Of a DNA stretch of 24,000 nucleotides, positions 10,356-21,136 are shown in pieces. The DNA comes from Citrobacter europaeus (lineage in GTDB: Bacteria > Pseudomonadota > Gammaproteobacteria > Enterobacterales > Enterobacteriaceae): the NCBI GenBank assembly GCA_020099315.1, contig CP083650.1, positions 972,469-996,468 of the forward strand, read 5' to 3'. The first letter of the stretch is position 1, and the number at the start of each line of letters is the position of its first letter. The notes beneath the pieces are model-generated. The model saw nothing but the letters and a program-made list of their open reading frames with translations, searched no databases and had not been told where the DNA came from. The position numbers and the translations under genes are program-made.

Positions 10356-10628
10356 TTAATCCGCTTTCTTATACGGTCCGTGATAGTAATCAAACGGCGC
10401 ATACACCGTATCGGCCACGAACGATAACGGCACATCAACAAATAACAGTGCTAAATCGAAATAGTTATAATCGTAAGCGCCCGGGTTTTTTAGTTTATCA
10501 ATATCATGGTGCATACCCACGTAATACGTATCTGAATCCTCACCTGCCGTGCGTGCATCAATGCTGCCGCATCCTGAAAGTAATACGCTGATAAAGAGCG
10601 CCATTACCGCAACCGTCTTTTTGCTCAT
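10356..10628 (-). CDS. YceK/YidQ-family (DUF1375) small lipoprotein
   Basis: From the ATG at 10628: MSKKTVAVMALFISVLLSGCGSI has a lipobox (LLSGC). YYVGM..D, DVPLSFVADT and the HGPY tail parallel E. coli YceK from memory (LLSGCGSI..YYPGV..DLPFSLVFDT..HGPYE). Confidence 0.7.
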   Translation of the reverse strand: MSKKTVAVMALFISVLLSGCGSIDARTAGEDSDTYYVGMHHDIDKLKNPGAYDYNYFDLALLFVDVPLSFVADTVYAPFDYYHGPYKKAD

Positions 10629-10739
10629 GCTATGACCTGGCTTCTCGCCCCGTTTTATCATAACGGTAAAAAAGCGGCTGGTTGTCTTAGGAACTTAAGC
10701 CCAATGATGGGGGCAAGTAGGCTGCGGCGAATGCTGTTC

Positions 10740-10768
10740 TTGTTGGTGGTCTGAATATGGTCTATATT
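10740..10768 (+). promoter_or_regulatory. Candidate sigma-70 promoter of the TA pair, with an embedded direct repeat as a possible operator
   Basis: ttgttg (10740-10745), a 17-nt spacer, then tatatt (10763-10768). The spacer contains tggtct at 10747-10752 and again at 10758-10763, 11 bp apart. That is the type of site type II antitoxins use for autoregulation. Confidence 0.45.
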
Positions 10769-10779
10769 TAAACCGAGAT

Positions 10780-11034
10780 ATGTCCAACGACGGCCAGACA
10801 ATGAAAGTAGAAACTATCAGCTTCATTAAAAAAAATGCGGCGACGCTCGAACTCTCGGAACCTATCCTGGTGACACAGAATGGCGTACCGGCATATGTTA
10901 TTGAGTCTTATGAACAACAGCAGGAGCGGGAGAATGCGATCGCACTGCTGAAATTGCTTACCCTGTCGGAAAAAGACAAAGCTGAGGGACGTGTATTCAC
11001 CAAAGATCAACTGCTGGATGGCATTACTGATTGA
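10780..11034 (+). CDS. Phd/YefM-family type II antitoxin (candidate)
   Basis: Small and acidic. The N-terminus (KVETISFIKKNAATLELSEPILVTQNGVPAYVIESYEQ) fits the Phd/YefM pattern (..ELRKN......P V.IT.NG.P..V..S.E.Y). It lies directly upstream of a ParE-like ORF. The start could instead be the ATG at 10801 (MKVETISF). Confidence 0.7.
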   Translation: MSNDGQTMKVETISFIKKNAATLELSEPILVTQNGVPAYVIESYEQQQERENAIALLKLLTLSEKDKAEGRVFTKDQLLDGITD

Positions 11035-11065
11035 GGGGGAAACTCTTCATTGAAAAGGGTCTTAA

Positions 11066-11398
11066 ATGGAACACAAGATTACTTTTGAGTACACACTGAC
11101 GGTAAAGCTCTGCATTGACGATATTGTGATTCATCTTCGTCGGGCGCAGGTCGATCCGCGCCCGGTTGTCGCAGATATCCTGACACATTTTGAGCGTACA
11201 GTCGGGCAGTTTCCGCTTGGATGTCAGATTTGCCCGGAATTGCTCAAGATAGGATGCGCAAAATATCGCGAGTTTAATCATGCCGGAGGCTATCGGGTGC
11301 TCTATACCTTTGAGGGCGCGGTAGCGACGGCTCATGCAATTCTGGCCTATCGACAAGACATCCAACAGTTGTTGTTCAAACGGCTGATTATGGTGTGA
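11066..11398 (+). CDS. RelE/ParE-superfamily toxin (ParE-like, candidate)
   Basis: 110 aa, 31 nt after the antitoxin stop. The architecture and C-terminal block (YREFNHAGGYRVLYTFEGAVATAHAILAYRQDIQQLLFKRL) resemble the ParE core (..hYvvfY.....v.IvrILH.RmD.....RL). The call comes from pattern memory only. Confidence 0.6.
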   Translation: MEHKITFEYTLTVKLCIDDIVIHLRRAQVDPRPVVADILTHFERTVGQFPLGCQICPELLKIGCAKYREFNHAGGYRVLYTFEGAVATAHAILAYRQDIQQLLFKRLIMV

Positions 11399-11410
11399 GG
11401 ATTGCACATC

Positions 11411-11449
11411 GTAGGCCGGATAAACCACGTGAGTGGTGCATCCGGCATG
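11411..11449. repeat. REP element between the toxin gene and the convergent lacA
   Basis: gtaggccggataaaccacgtgagtggtgcatccggcatg, with gccggat (11414-11420) / atccggc (11440-11446). This is a classic REP palindrome. Confidence 0.7.
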
Positions 11450-11454
11450 ACGGT

Positions 11455-12066
11455 TTAAATTGACGGATCCACTTTATAATTTTGGTAATAGTACTCTCTA
11501 TCTCGTTCGTTAATGTTTCTTATTACCCTGCAAGGAACCCCCACGGCTACGACATCTGGCGGAATGTTTTTTGTGACCACGCTCCCCGCGCCAATAACGG
11601 AATTATCGCCAATCGTTATGCCCGGGTTGATGACTACGTTACTGCCAATCCATACGTTATTGCCGAGGATGACCGGAAAGGAAAACATCTCTCCGGATTT
11701 CCTTAATTCGTGGTGAACAGGGTGACCCGTTACCGTGATCGTGACGTTTGGCGCAATTAAAACGTTATCGCCAATGGTGACCGTGTAATCATCCACAATG
11801 GTAAAGTTAAAATTGGCATAGAAATTTTTGCCAATGTGAATATTGCTGCCGTAGGAGAAATAAATGGGGGGCTCGATCCACGCATTCTCTCCCACGGTGG
11901 CAAACATTTCACGAATCAGTCTTTCCCTCTTTTCAACCTCCGATGGACGCGTATGGTTAAATTCATACATTAACTCTTTTCCGCGCAGTCTCTCCTGCGG
12001 CAGTCCCTCGCCCATATCGGTAAACAGCTTGCCTGCTTTTATTCGGTCTCTTATCGACATGCTCAT
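11455..12066 (-). CDS. lacA: Galactoside O-acetyltransferase
   Basis: 203 aa, colinear with E. coli LacA from memory (RIKAGKLFTDM.EGLP..RLRGK.LMYEFNH..PSEVEKRE.LI.EMFATVGENAW). It has left-handed beta-helix hexapeptide repeats and is the last gene of the lac operon. Confidence 0.95.
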   Translation of the reverse strand: MSMSIRDRIKAGKLFTDMGEGLPQERLRGKELMYEFNHTRPSEVEKRERLIREMFATVGENAWIEPPIYFSYGSNIHIGKNFYANFNFTIVDDYTVTIGDNVLIAPNVTITVTGHPVHHELRKSGEMFSFPVILGNNVWIGSNVVINPGITIGDNSVIGAGSVVTKNIPPDVVAVGVPCRVIRNINERDREYYYQNYKVDPSI

Positions 12067-12095
12067 CGAAGATATTCCCTCTGTGTCATTGGTCT

Positions 12096-13349
12096 TCAGG
12101 CTTGTTTACTTGCTGGAGTGAAAACGCGGGAAAACGGTCCCGGCCCGCTAAGGGTGAATACGGAAATTAGCGTGAAGCTCAGCGCAATGATCCCCAGCAC
12201 CAGATACGCCCCCTGGAAACCAATGCTTTCATACATTTTTCCGGCCAGAACTGACATGAAAATCATGGCTAACTGTTTGAAGAAGCAGAAACACACCAGG
12301 TAAATCGTGGCCGAGAAACGCACTTCAAACTGACTGGTGATGTATTTGAAGCAACCGACAATCAGGAACGGTATCTCGAACATATGCAGCGTTTTGAGGA
12401 TCACGACCTCCAGCGCAGTGGTGGCAAATGATGAACCAATGATCCGCACCGACATGATCGTACCGGCCAGCAGCAGGGCGTTCTTTCCGCCGATGCGGTT
12501 CACAATCAGCGGCGCAAAGAACATGATCGAGGCGTTGAGCAATTCCCCCATCGTCGTGACGTAGCCAAACACGCGGGTACCCTGTTCGCCGGTGGCAAAG
12601 AATGAGGTAAAGAAGTTGGCGAACTGCTGGTCAAATACGTCATAAGTGCAGGAAACGCCGACCACGTACAGGGAGAGGAACCAGAGTTTCGGTTGTTTGA
12701 ATAATTCCAGCGCCAGCTTAAGGCTGAATGCCGAGTTGTTGGCGCCTACCGCATCCGCGACTTTTGCTGAAGAGGGGGCATCTGTTTTTGAAAAGAGCAG
12801 CAGCAATGCCAGAATGACCGCACAGCCAGAACCTAACCAGAAGACAAACTGGTTATTGATGGTGAACATAATTCCGGCAATTGAGGCGCACAGCGCCCAG
12901 CCCACGCAGCCAAACATGCGCGCGCGACCAAATTCAAAGTTGCTTCGGCGGCTGGCCTTTTCAATATAGGCTTCAATCGCCGGAGCGCCGGCATTGTAAA
13001 TAAAGCCAAGATAAATCCCGCCGACAATCGAACCCAGTAAAATATTAACCTGTAATAACGGGCCAAAAACGTAAATAAAGAACGGGGCAAACATTACCAG
13101 CATTCCGGTAATGACCCACAGCAGGTGTTTACGCAGGCCAAGCTTATCGGAAAGCAGTCCGAAAATTGGCTGGAATAATAACGAAAACAGTGAAATACAG
13201 GCGAAGATTATCCCGGTGTCACCTTTACTGATCTGATTTACATCGTGTAACCAGATAGGGAAGAAGGGGAAATAGGCACCCATAATGAAAAAGTAAAAGA
13301 AGAAGAAAAAGCCGAACATCCAAAAGTTAGTGTTTTTTAAATAATACAT
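12096..13349 (-). CDS. lacY: Lactose permease (MFS, oligosaccharide:H+ symporter)
   Basis: 417 aa starting [36 protein letters not shown], essentially the E. coli LacY N-terminus. It has 12-TM character and sits between lacZ and lacA. Confidence 0.95.
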   Translation of the reverse strand: MYYLKNTNFWMFGFFFFFYFFIMGAYFPFFPIWLHDVNQISKGDTGIIFACISLFSLLFQPIFGLLSDKLGLRKHLLWVITGMLVMFAPFFIYVFGPLLQVNILLGSIVGGIYLGFIYNAGAPAIEAYIEKASRRSNFEFGRARMFGCVGWALCASIAGIMFTINNQFVFWLGSGCAVILALLLLFSKTDAPSSAKVADAVGANNSAFSLKLALELFKQPKLWFLSLYVVGVSCTYDVFDQQFANFFTSFFATGEQGTRVFGYVTTMGELLNASIMFFAPLIVNRIGGKNALLLAGTIMSVRIIGSSFATTALEVVILKTLHMFEIPFLIVGCFKYITSQFEVRFSATIYLVCFCFFKQLAMIFMSVLAGKMYESIGFQGAYLVLGIIALSFTLISVFTLSGPGPFSRVFTPASKQA

Positions 13350-13373
13350 AACAGACTTCCTCAGGAAAAATAA

Positions 13374-13393
13374 GGGCAGGTCATAACCTGCCC
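13374..13393 (-). other. Conserved intercistronic hairpin in the lacZ-lacY spacer
   Basis: gggcagg-tcataa-cctgccc. E. coli has the equivalent GGGCAGG..TCTGCCC hairpin at the same place (from memory). It probably acts in mRNA processing or stability. Confidence 0.55.
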
Positions 13394-13406
13394 ATTATTA
13401 TTATGT

Positions 13407-16522
<3,116 letters not shown>

Positions 16523-16528
16523 TCAATC

Positions 16529-16558
16529 AAAATACGAATAAGCGATCCCAACTGTAAA
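16529..16558 (-). promoter_or_regulatory. lacZYA sigma-70 promoter (-35 TTTACA, 18-nt spacer, -10 TATTTT)
   Basis: The minus strand reads tttaca (16558-16553) gttgggatcgcttattcg tatttt (16534-16529). This has the same geometry as E. coli lacP1 (TTTACA-18-TATGTT). The predicted +1 is at 16522. Confidence 0.75.
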
Positions 16559-16572
16559 GGATAGGGCGTTCA

Positions 16573-16594
16573 ATGAGTGAACTGACTCACACAA
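16573..16594. promoter_or_regulatory. CRP (CAP) binding site, class I position
   Basis: The minus strand reads tgtga-gtcagt-tcact (16591-16576). The centre at 16583.5 corresponds to -61.5 relative to the predicted +1, identical to E. coli lac. Confidence 0.8.
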
Positions 16595-16613
16595 TTGTTA
16601 TGCGTTCACAATT
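16593..16613. promoter_or_regulatory. Auxiliary lac operator at the O3 position, overlapping the lacI stop codon
   Basis: The reverse complement is aattgtgaacgcataacaatt, which matches E. coli O1 at 19/21 positions by my count. Its centre is about 91 bp upstream of the O1 centre (E. coli O3 is about 92 bp). Confidence 0.7.
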
Positions 16614-17688
16614 TTGGTGTGAGCTGAGAAACTTGCCGTGCCAGCTGGATCAGTGAATCTGCCAGCGCCTGGGGAGAGGTGGTTTGGGTATCGGGTGGCA
16701 GAACCGTTTTGCGCTTAACCAGGGTTACGGGCAGCAGTTGGTTGCCCACGGTCGATTCGCCACGGGGAAGTTGCAGAAGCCTGTCGACGCTGGTTTCACC
16801 CAATAACGGAAAATCTTGCCTGATGGTGGTCAGCGGTGGAATGTAGCAGGCGCTGTCCTCAGTGTCATCGTAGCCGATCACTGAGATATCCACCGCCACC
16901 CGCAGACCAAACTCGCTGATTGCCCGCATCGCGCCCAGCGCCATCTGATCGTTCGCGACCAGCATGGCAGTGGGGAGGTTACCGTCATTAAGCATATGCA
17001 GCGTTTGCTGAAAACCAGACATCGCGCTCCAGTCGCCTTCCAGCTCCGCGGTGGGTTGCAGCTGGTAGTGCGCCAGATATTTGTGCCACCCCGCATGCCG
17101 AAGCCTTGCCGAAACCGAAGTGTGTGGCCCGCTCAGCAGGGCGATCCGTTGATGTCCGTGCTGCACCAGATGCTCAACACCGAGGCGCGCGCCGTCGTCA
17201 TGGGAGAAAATCACGCTGTTAATTGGCGTCTGGTCAGAGACATCAAGAAACAGCACCGGCACCGTACCGCAGGCGGCAGCCACGGCAATGGCGTCTTCTT
17301 CATCCAGTGGATAGTTGATGATAAGCCCGGTTACGCGTTGAGAAAGCAGGTTATGAACCGCGGCTTTGCATGCCTCAACGCCGCTGCGCTCGACCATGGC
17401 GATCACCACGCTGGCACCCGACTGGTCGGCGCGGGATTTTATGGCGGCAACGATTTGCGACGGGGCATGCAGGGCAAGGTTCGCCGTCACGACGCCAATC
17501 AGCGGCGTCTGTTTTCCCGCCAACTGTTGTGCGACGCGGTTAGGGATGTAATTGAGCTCCGCCATCGCGGCCTCAACTTTCTGTCGGGTTTTTGCGGAAA
17601 CGTGGCTGGCCTGATTCACGACGCGCGAGACGGTCTGGTAAGAGACTCCTGCATGGTCTGCCACATCGTATAGCGTTACCGGTTTCAC
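16606..17688 (-). CDS. lacI: Lactose operon repressor
   Basis: 360 aa from the GTG at 17688 (VKPVTLYDVA.. as in E. coli, which also uses GTG), preceded by aaaggggtgataaac. The HTH is YAGVSYQTVSRVVNQASHVSAKTR. The ORF-track ATG at 17706 would add 6 residues. Confidence 0.95.
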   Translation of the reverse strand: MKPVTLYDVADHAGVSYQTVSRVVNQASHVSAKTRQKVEAAMAELNYIPNRVAQQLAGKQTPLIGVVTANLALHAPSQIVAAIKSRADQSGASVVIAMVERSGVEACKAAVHNLLSQRVTGLIINYPLDEEDAIAVAAACGTVPVLFLDVSDQTPINSVIFSHDDGARLGVEHLVQHGHQRIALLSGPHTSVSARLRHAGWHKYLAHYQLQPTAELEGDWSAMSGFQQTLHMLNDGNLPTAMLVANDQMALGAMRAISEFGLRVAVDISVIGYDDTEDSACYIPPLTTIRQDFPLLGETSVDRLLQLPRGESTVGNQLLPVTLVKRKTVLPPDTQTTSPQALADSLIQLARQVSQLTPKL

Positions 17689-17852
17689 GTTTATCACCCC
17701 TTTCATGACGTTATCTGCGCGCTATGATGCCACAGCGGGACGGTTTTGGGGGATTTGCGCATGGGTTCTGCGAGGCGCATTCCAGGGTTGCGCCTCGTGT
17801 GCTGGAGGATTTATCGTCGTTGTGCTTAACAGAATAAAAAAGTGAGGACATT

Positions 17853-18461
17853 GTGAGCGATTCTGCGGCAAATAATATTCTGTCCATCTACCGACGCCAT
17901 GCGGATGCCTTTGCCAGTCAGCGCTCACGCGCCCTGTTCGAGAAAAGCTGGCTGGATAAGTTCATCACCGTGATGGGCGGGCAGGGCAGCATTGTGGATA
18001 TTGGCTGCGGCAACGGTCAGCCGATTGCCGGTTATTTTATCCAGCAAGGCTTTCAGCTTACGGGCATTGATGGTTCTCAGGCGATGCTGGCCCGCGCCCG
18101 GCACTCATTTCCCGCACAGCGCTGGCTGGAGCAAGATATGCGCGAGCTGGTGCTTAACGAGACGTTCGACGGCCTGATCGCCTGGGACAGCTTTTTCCAT
18201 CTAACCCAGCAGGACCAGCAAAAGATGTTCCCGATCTTTGACCGCCTCAGCCATCCCGGTAGCGCGCTGATGTTTACCAGCGGTACGGACAACGGCATTG
18301 CCATGGGGCAATTTGAGGGCGAGCCGCTGTTTCACGCCAGCCTCGCGCCGGACGAATACCGCGCATTGCTGTCAGCGTATGGCTTTGCGGTGGTCGAGAT
18401 GATGATGGAAGATCCGCATTGCGCCGGACATACCATCTGGCTGGCGCAAAAAACAGGCTAA
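17853..18461 (+). CDS. Class I SAM-dependent methyltransferase (substrate unknown)
   Basis: 202 aa. Motif I is VDIGCGNGQ, with an acidic residue after beta-2 (LTGIDGS) and the post-I/II pattern (DGLIAWDSFFHL). The GTG start has a gagga Shine-Dalgarno 6 nt upstream. Confidence 0.85.
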   Translation: MSDSAANNILSIYRRHADAFASQRSRALFEKSWLDKFITVMGGQGSIVDIGCGNGQPIAGYFIQQGFQLTGIDGSQAMLARARHSFPAQRWLEQDMRELVLNETFDGLIAWDSFFHLTQQDQQKMFPIFDRLSHPGSALMFTSGTDNGIAMGQFEGEPLFHASLAPDEYRALLSAYGFAVVEMMMEDPHCAGHTIWLAQKTG

Positions 18462-18496
18462 ATCTCAAAGTATTATTCTGAAGTGTTTTTTTAAAT

Positions 18497-19072
18497 CTAC
18501 CGGAACTTGAGGGCTAGTAGGTTGTTTATTGTTTTATCCAGCGCTGATCCTTTTATTGGAGGGCATATTTCAGCATACTCTTTTACGTATTTCTGGCATG
18601 TGTTGACGACTTCTGGCTGGGGGAAAAAATATGCGGCGACTGAGAAATGGGAAAAAATTATTGAATAGAAAATAATGCCAAGCCCCTGCGTCAAATATTC
18701 AACATCTTTGATACGCTCTGTTCCACAAACTGAGGGGATTTTTTTTATAACAGTGTCGTATCTGTCACGAAATTGTTCGTTAATAGTAGGGCAGGTTTCA
18801 GGGGAGGAACTGTTAAATGCCGCTATATCTATTTGCGCTGAGTAATCTTTCCCTTCTATTTTGGTTAGGACCATTAAAACAAAAGGTATGATTGTTAGAA
18901 TAATTGAGGTGGTTGCTAAAAAAAGTTGGTATTGACTGTATTCATCGGAACGAAATTTATTGATGGTATAAATAGACAAGAAAAAACTCAGGGTTGCAAT
19001 AAAACCATTGAACATGGCCAGAGTAAGGAAGAAAAGAACGATCGCGGAAGGCTTAATTATACTGATATTCAT
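18497..19072 (-). CDS. Hypothetical multi-pass membrane protein (3-4 predicted TM segments, 4 Cys), no family recognised
   Basis: It is the only long ORF in a visibly AT-rich stretch. Hydrophobic segments are AIVLFFLTLAMFNGFIATLSFFLSIY, YQLFLATTSIILTIIPFVLMVLT and GLGIIFYSIIFSHFSVAAYFF. Cysteines occur in the ~60-aa loop and the C-terminal tail. I cannot assign any homolog. Confidence 0.55.
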   Translation of the reverse strand: MNISIIKPSAIVLFFLTLAMFNGFIATLSFFLSIYTINKFRSDEYSQYQLFLATTSIILTIIPFVLMVLTKIEGKDYSAQIDIAAFNSSSPETCPTINEQFRDRYDTVIKKIPSVCGTERIKDVEYLTQGLGIIFYSIIFSHFSVAAYFFPQPEVVNTCQKYVKEYAEICPPIKGSALDKTINNLLALKFR

Positions 19073-19444
19073 TTTTAATTATTCCATGTCTTTCAATACT
19101 ATTACTTTACGACAATTAAGTTAAGCGATAATAGTACAATTTCCAGGTATTGCGTATTCCTCTTATTTAGTTTCAGGGGAGGGGGGACTTTTGGCACGAT
19201 GCGTGTGGTGTCATCCTGGAGCGTTGTCCAGAAGATGAATGTGGGCAATTGGGCGACTAGCGATGGGATTGGGCCAACAGAATAAGAATAATTTAATTTA
19301 AAGTTATAAAAAATCCTAAAATGCAATAGGAATGAAGTGAAACAGCACTTAATGTCTTTACTTTTGTTTACATTTTGTGCTTTTTTAAAACAGTCGACTG
19401 TGCTTTGCAGTCAAGTTCGCTTTCGTACTTTTTGGGGGGGTGGG

Positions 19445-21124
19445 GTGAAGTTCAGGGATGAAAGAAAGTTGGCATTACTGATTGGGATGTTAATTTTGCC
19501 GTTCACAACTGTTTCTGCCGCACCACTCTCTCCTGCGGATCGTAATACCATTCAGCAGCAACAGCAGCAGCTACTTAATGAAAACCAGCGTCAGCGTGAA
19601 GAGCTGGAGCGTAGCGTTACGTTGCCTGAAACCGTAACGCCGAAAACACCAGCCCGGGCTGAAGGGCCGTGTTTTATGATTTCGCGCATTGATATTGACG
19701 GCGCAACGAAGTTGTCCGCCGCTGCCTCGGCAAAGCTTATCGCGCCGTGGGTGAATCAATGCCTGGATATTCCCCGGCTGACGGAACTGACAAATGCAAT
19801 TTCCGACTGGTATATCAGTCGAGGCTATATCACCAGTCGTGCCTTTTTAACCGAACAGGATCTCTCATCCGGGGTGCTGCATATCGCGGTGCTTGAGGGG
19901 AAATTGCAGCAAATACGTCTGGAAGGCGTCCCATCGCGCACTCTGCTGATGACTTTTCCCGGAATGGAAGGAAAAATTCTCAATCTGCGTGACATTGAAC
20001 AGGGGATGGAGCAGTTGAACCGCGTTCGCCAGACTCCGGTGGAAATTGAAATTTTGCCGGGCAGTCAGCAAGGGTTCTCAATAGTTAACCTCACCGCCAC
20101 GCCAGAATTTCCACTCAATGGTTCAGTAAGTTTTGATAACAGCGGGCAAAAGAGCACCGGAACCGGGCAACTCAGTGGTGCATTATTTTTCAATAATATG
20201 CTCGGCCTGGCAGATAAATGGTTTATCAGCGGCGGACGCAGCAGCGATTTTTCCAGTAGCAAAGATGCGCAGAACTTTGCAGCCGGTGTGAGTATTCCTT
20301 ATGGCTACGGACTGCTTGATTACAGCTACAGCTGGAGTAACTACCTCAGCACTATTGATAACAATGGTTATGCCTGGCGTTCCACTGGTGATAGCGAAAC
20401 CCATCGGTTGAACGGATCCTGGGTTTTGTTTCGCAATGGTGATGTCAAGACCGCTGCATCGCTGGGTCTCACGCATCGAATTAACCGTAACAGATTGAAT
20501 GATGTCCTGCTGGAAACCAGTAGCCGCAAGCTTTCCAGCGTTTCGCTGGGCATCAACCATACGCAAAAAATTGCTTCTGGCGTTGCGACGTTTAACCCTT
20601 CATTCACCCAGGGCGTGCCGTGGTTTGGCGCAGAGGATGACAACGATAAACAGGGGGATGTGCCAAGGGCGGAATTTCGCAAATGGAGCGTCAATGGCAG
20701 TTTTCAGCGCCCGTTGGCAGAAAGACTGTGGTGGCTTAGCAGCGTCTATTTTCAATGGTCTGTGGACCGACTCTACGGCAGTGAACGCCTGACGCTGGGC
20801 GGAGAAACCTCCGTTCGCGGTTTTAAAGAACAATACATTTCTGGAGATAACGGCGGCTACTGGCGCAACGAAGTGAATTATTCGCTGTTTACGCTGCCGG
20901 TATTCGGACAGATTGGCGCGATGGCGGCATTCGACGGCGGCTGGCTGAAACAGGATAGCGTTGACAGGTATGCCTCCGGCACGTTGTGGGGGGCTGCGCT
21001 GGGATTAACCAGTTCAGGTCGCTGGTTTTCCACTCAGTTTACCGTAGGAACGCCAGTTAACTATCCGGACTGGCTGGCCCCGGATCATCTCAATGTGTAT
21101 TACCGCGTTGCGGTGGCATTTTAA
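19445..21124 (+). CDS. cdiB: Two-partner-secretion outer-membrane transporter (ShlB/FhaC/HecB family; CdiB)
   Basis: It has a signal peptide (KLALLIGMLILPFTTVSA/AP) and POTRA-type segments (ISRIDIDGATKLS, IAVLEGKLQQIRLEG). The family loop motif LTLGGETSVRGF is present, and the protein ends in an OMP-type aromatic (YYRVAVAF). It lies directly upstream of a TPS exoprotein. The start is uncertain: GTG 19445 is preferred, and the ORF stays open back to GTG 19337. Confidence 0.88.
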   Translation: MKFRDERKLALLIGMLILPFTTVSAAPLSPADRNTIQQQQQQLLNENQRQREELERSVTLPETVTPKTPARAEGPCFMISRIDIDGATKLSAAASAKLIAPWVNQCLDIPRLTELTNAISDWYISRGYITSRAFLTEQDLSSGVLHIAVLEGKLQQIRLEGVPSRTLLMTFPGMEGKILNLRDIEQGMEQLNRVRQTPVEIEILPGSQQGFSIVNLTATPEFPLNGSVSFDNSGQKSTGTGQLSGALFFNNMLGLADKWFISGGRSSDFSSSKDAQNFAAGVSIPYGYGLLDYSYSWSNYLSTIDNNGYAWRSTGDSETHRLNGSWVLFRNGDVKTAASLGLTHRINRNRLNDVLLETSSRKLSSVSLGINHTQKIASGVATFNPSFTQGVPWFGAEDDNDKQGDVPRAEFRKWSVNGSFQRPLAERLWWLSSVYFQWSVDRLYGSERLTLGGETSVRGFKEQYISGDNGGYWRNEVNYSLFTLPVFGQIGAMAAFDGGWLKQDSVDRYASGTLWGAALGLTSSGRWFSTQFTVGTPVNYPDWLAPDHLNVYYRVAVAF

Positions 21125-21136
21125 GGAACAAGGGTG

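Noticed and set aside
16996-17673. 225-aa plus-strand ORF antisense to lacI
   Set aside because: It lies entirely within lacI on the opposite strand, has no recognisable motifs and shows shadow-ORF composition.
17771-17797. 9-bp-stem hairpin (cgaggcgca/tgcgcctcg) between lacI and the methyltransferase gene
   Set aside because: There is no T-run on either strand, so it is not a credible intrinsic terminator. It may be incidental or a protein site, but nothing supports a call.
19192-19207. TGGCAC motif suggesting a sigma-54 promoter upstream of cdiB
   Set aside because: The -12 element is missing. GG-N10 is followed by GT, not GC, and there is no TTGCW. No enhancer-binding protein gene is nearby.
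19102-19326. 74-aa minus-strand ORF in the cdiB upstream region
   Set aside because: It has no Shine-Dalgarno and gives an implausible sequence from AT-rich DNA. It spans a clearly intergenic promoter region.
19337-19444. 36-codon N-terminal extension of cdiB from GTG 19337
   Set aside because: I do not prefer it as the true start. A canonical signal peptide begins right after GTG 19445, and the extension is AT-rich and promoter-like. It is kept as an alternative (see the G-tract finding).
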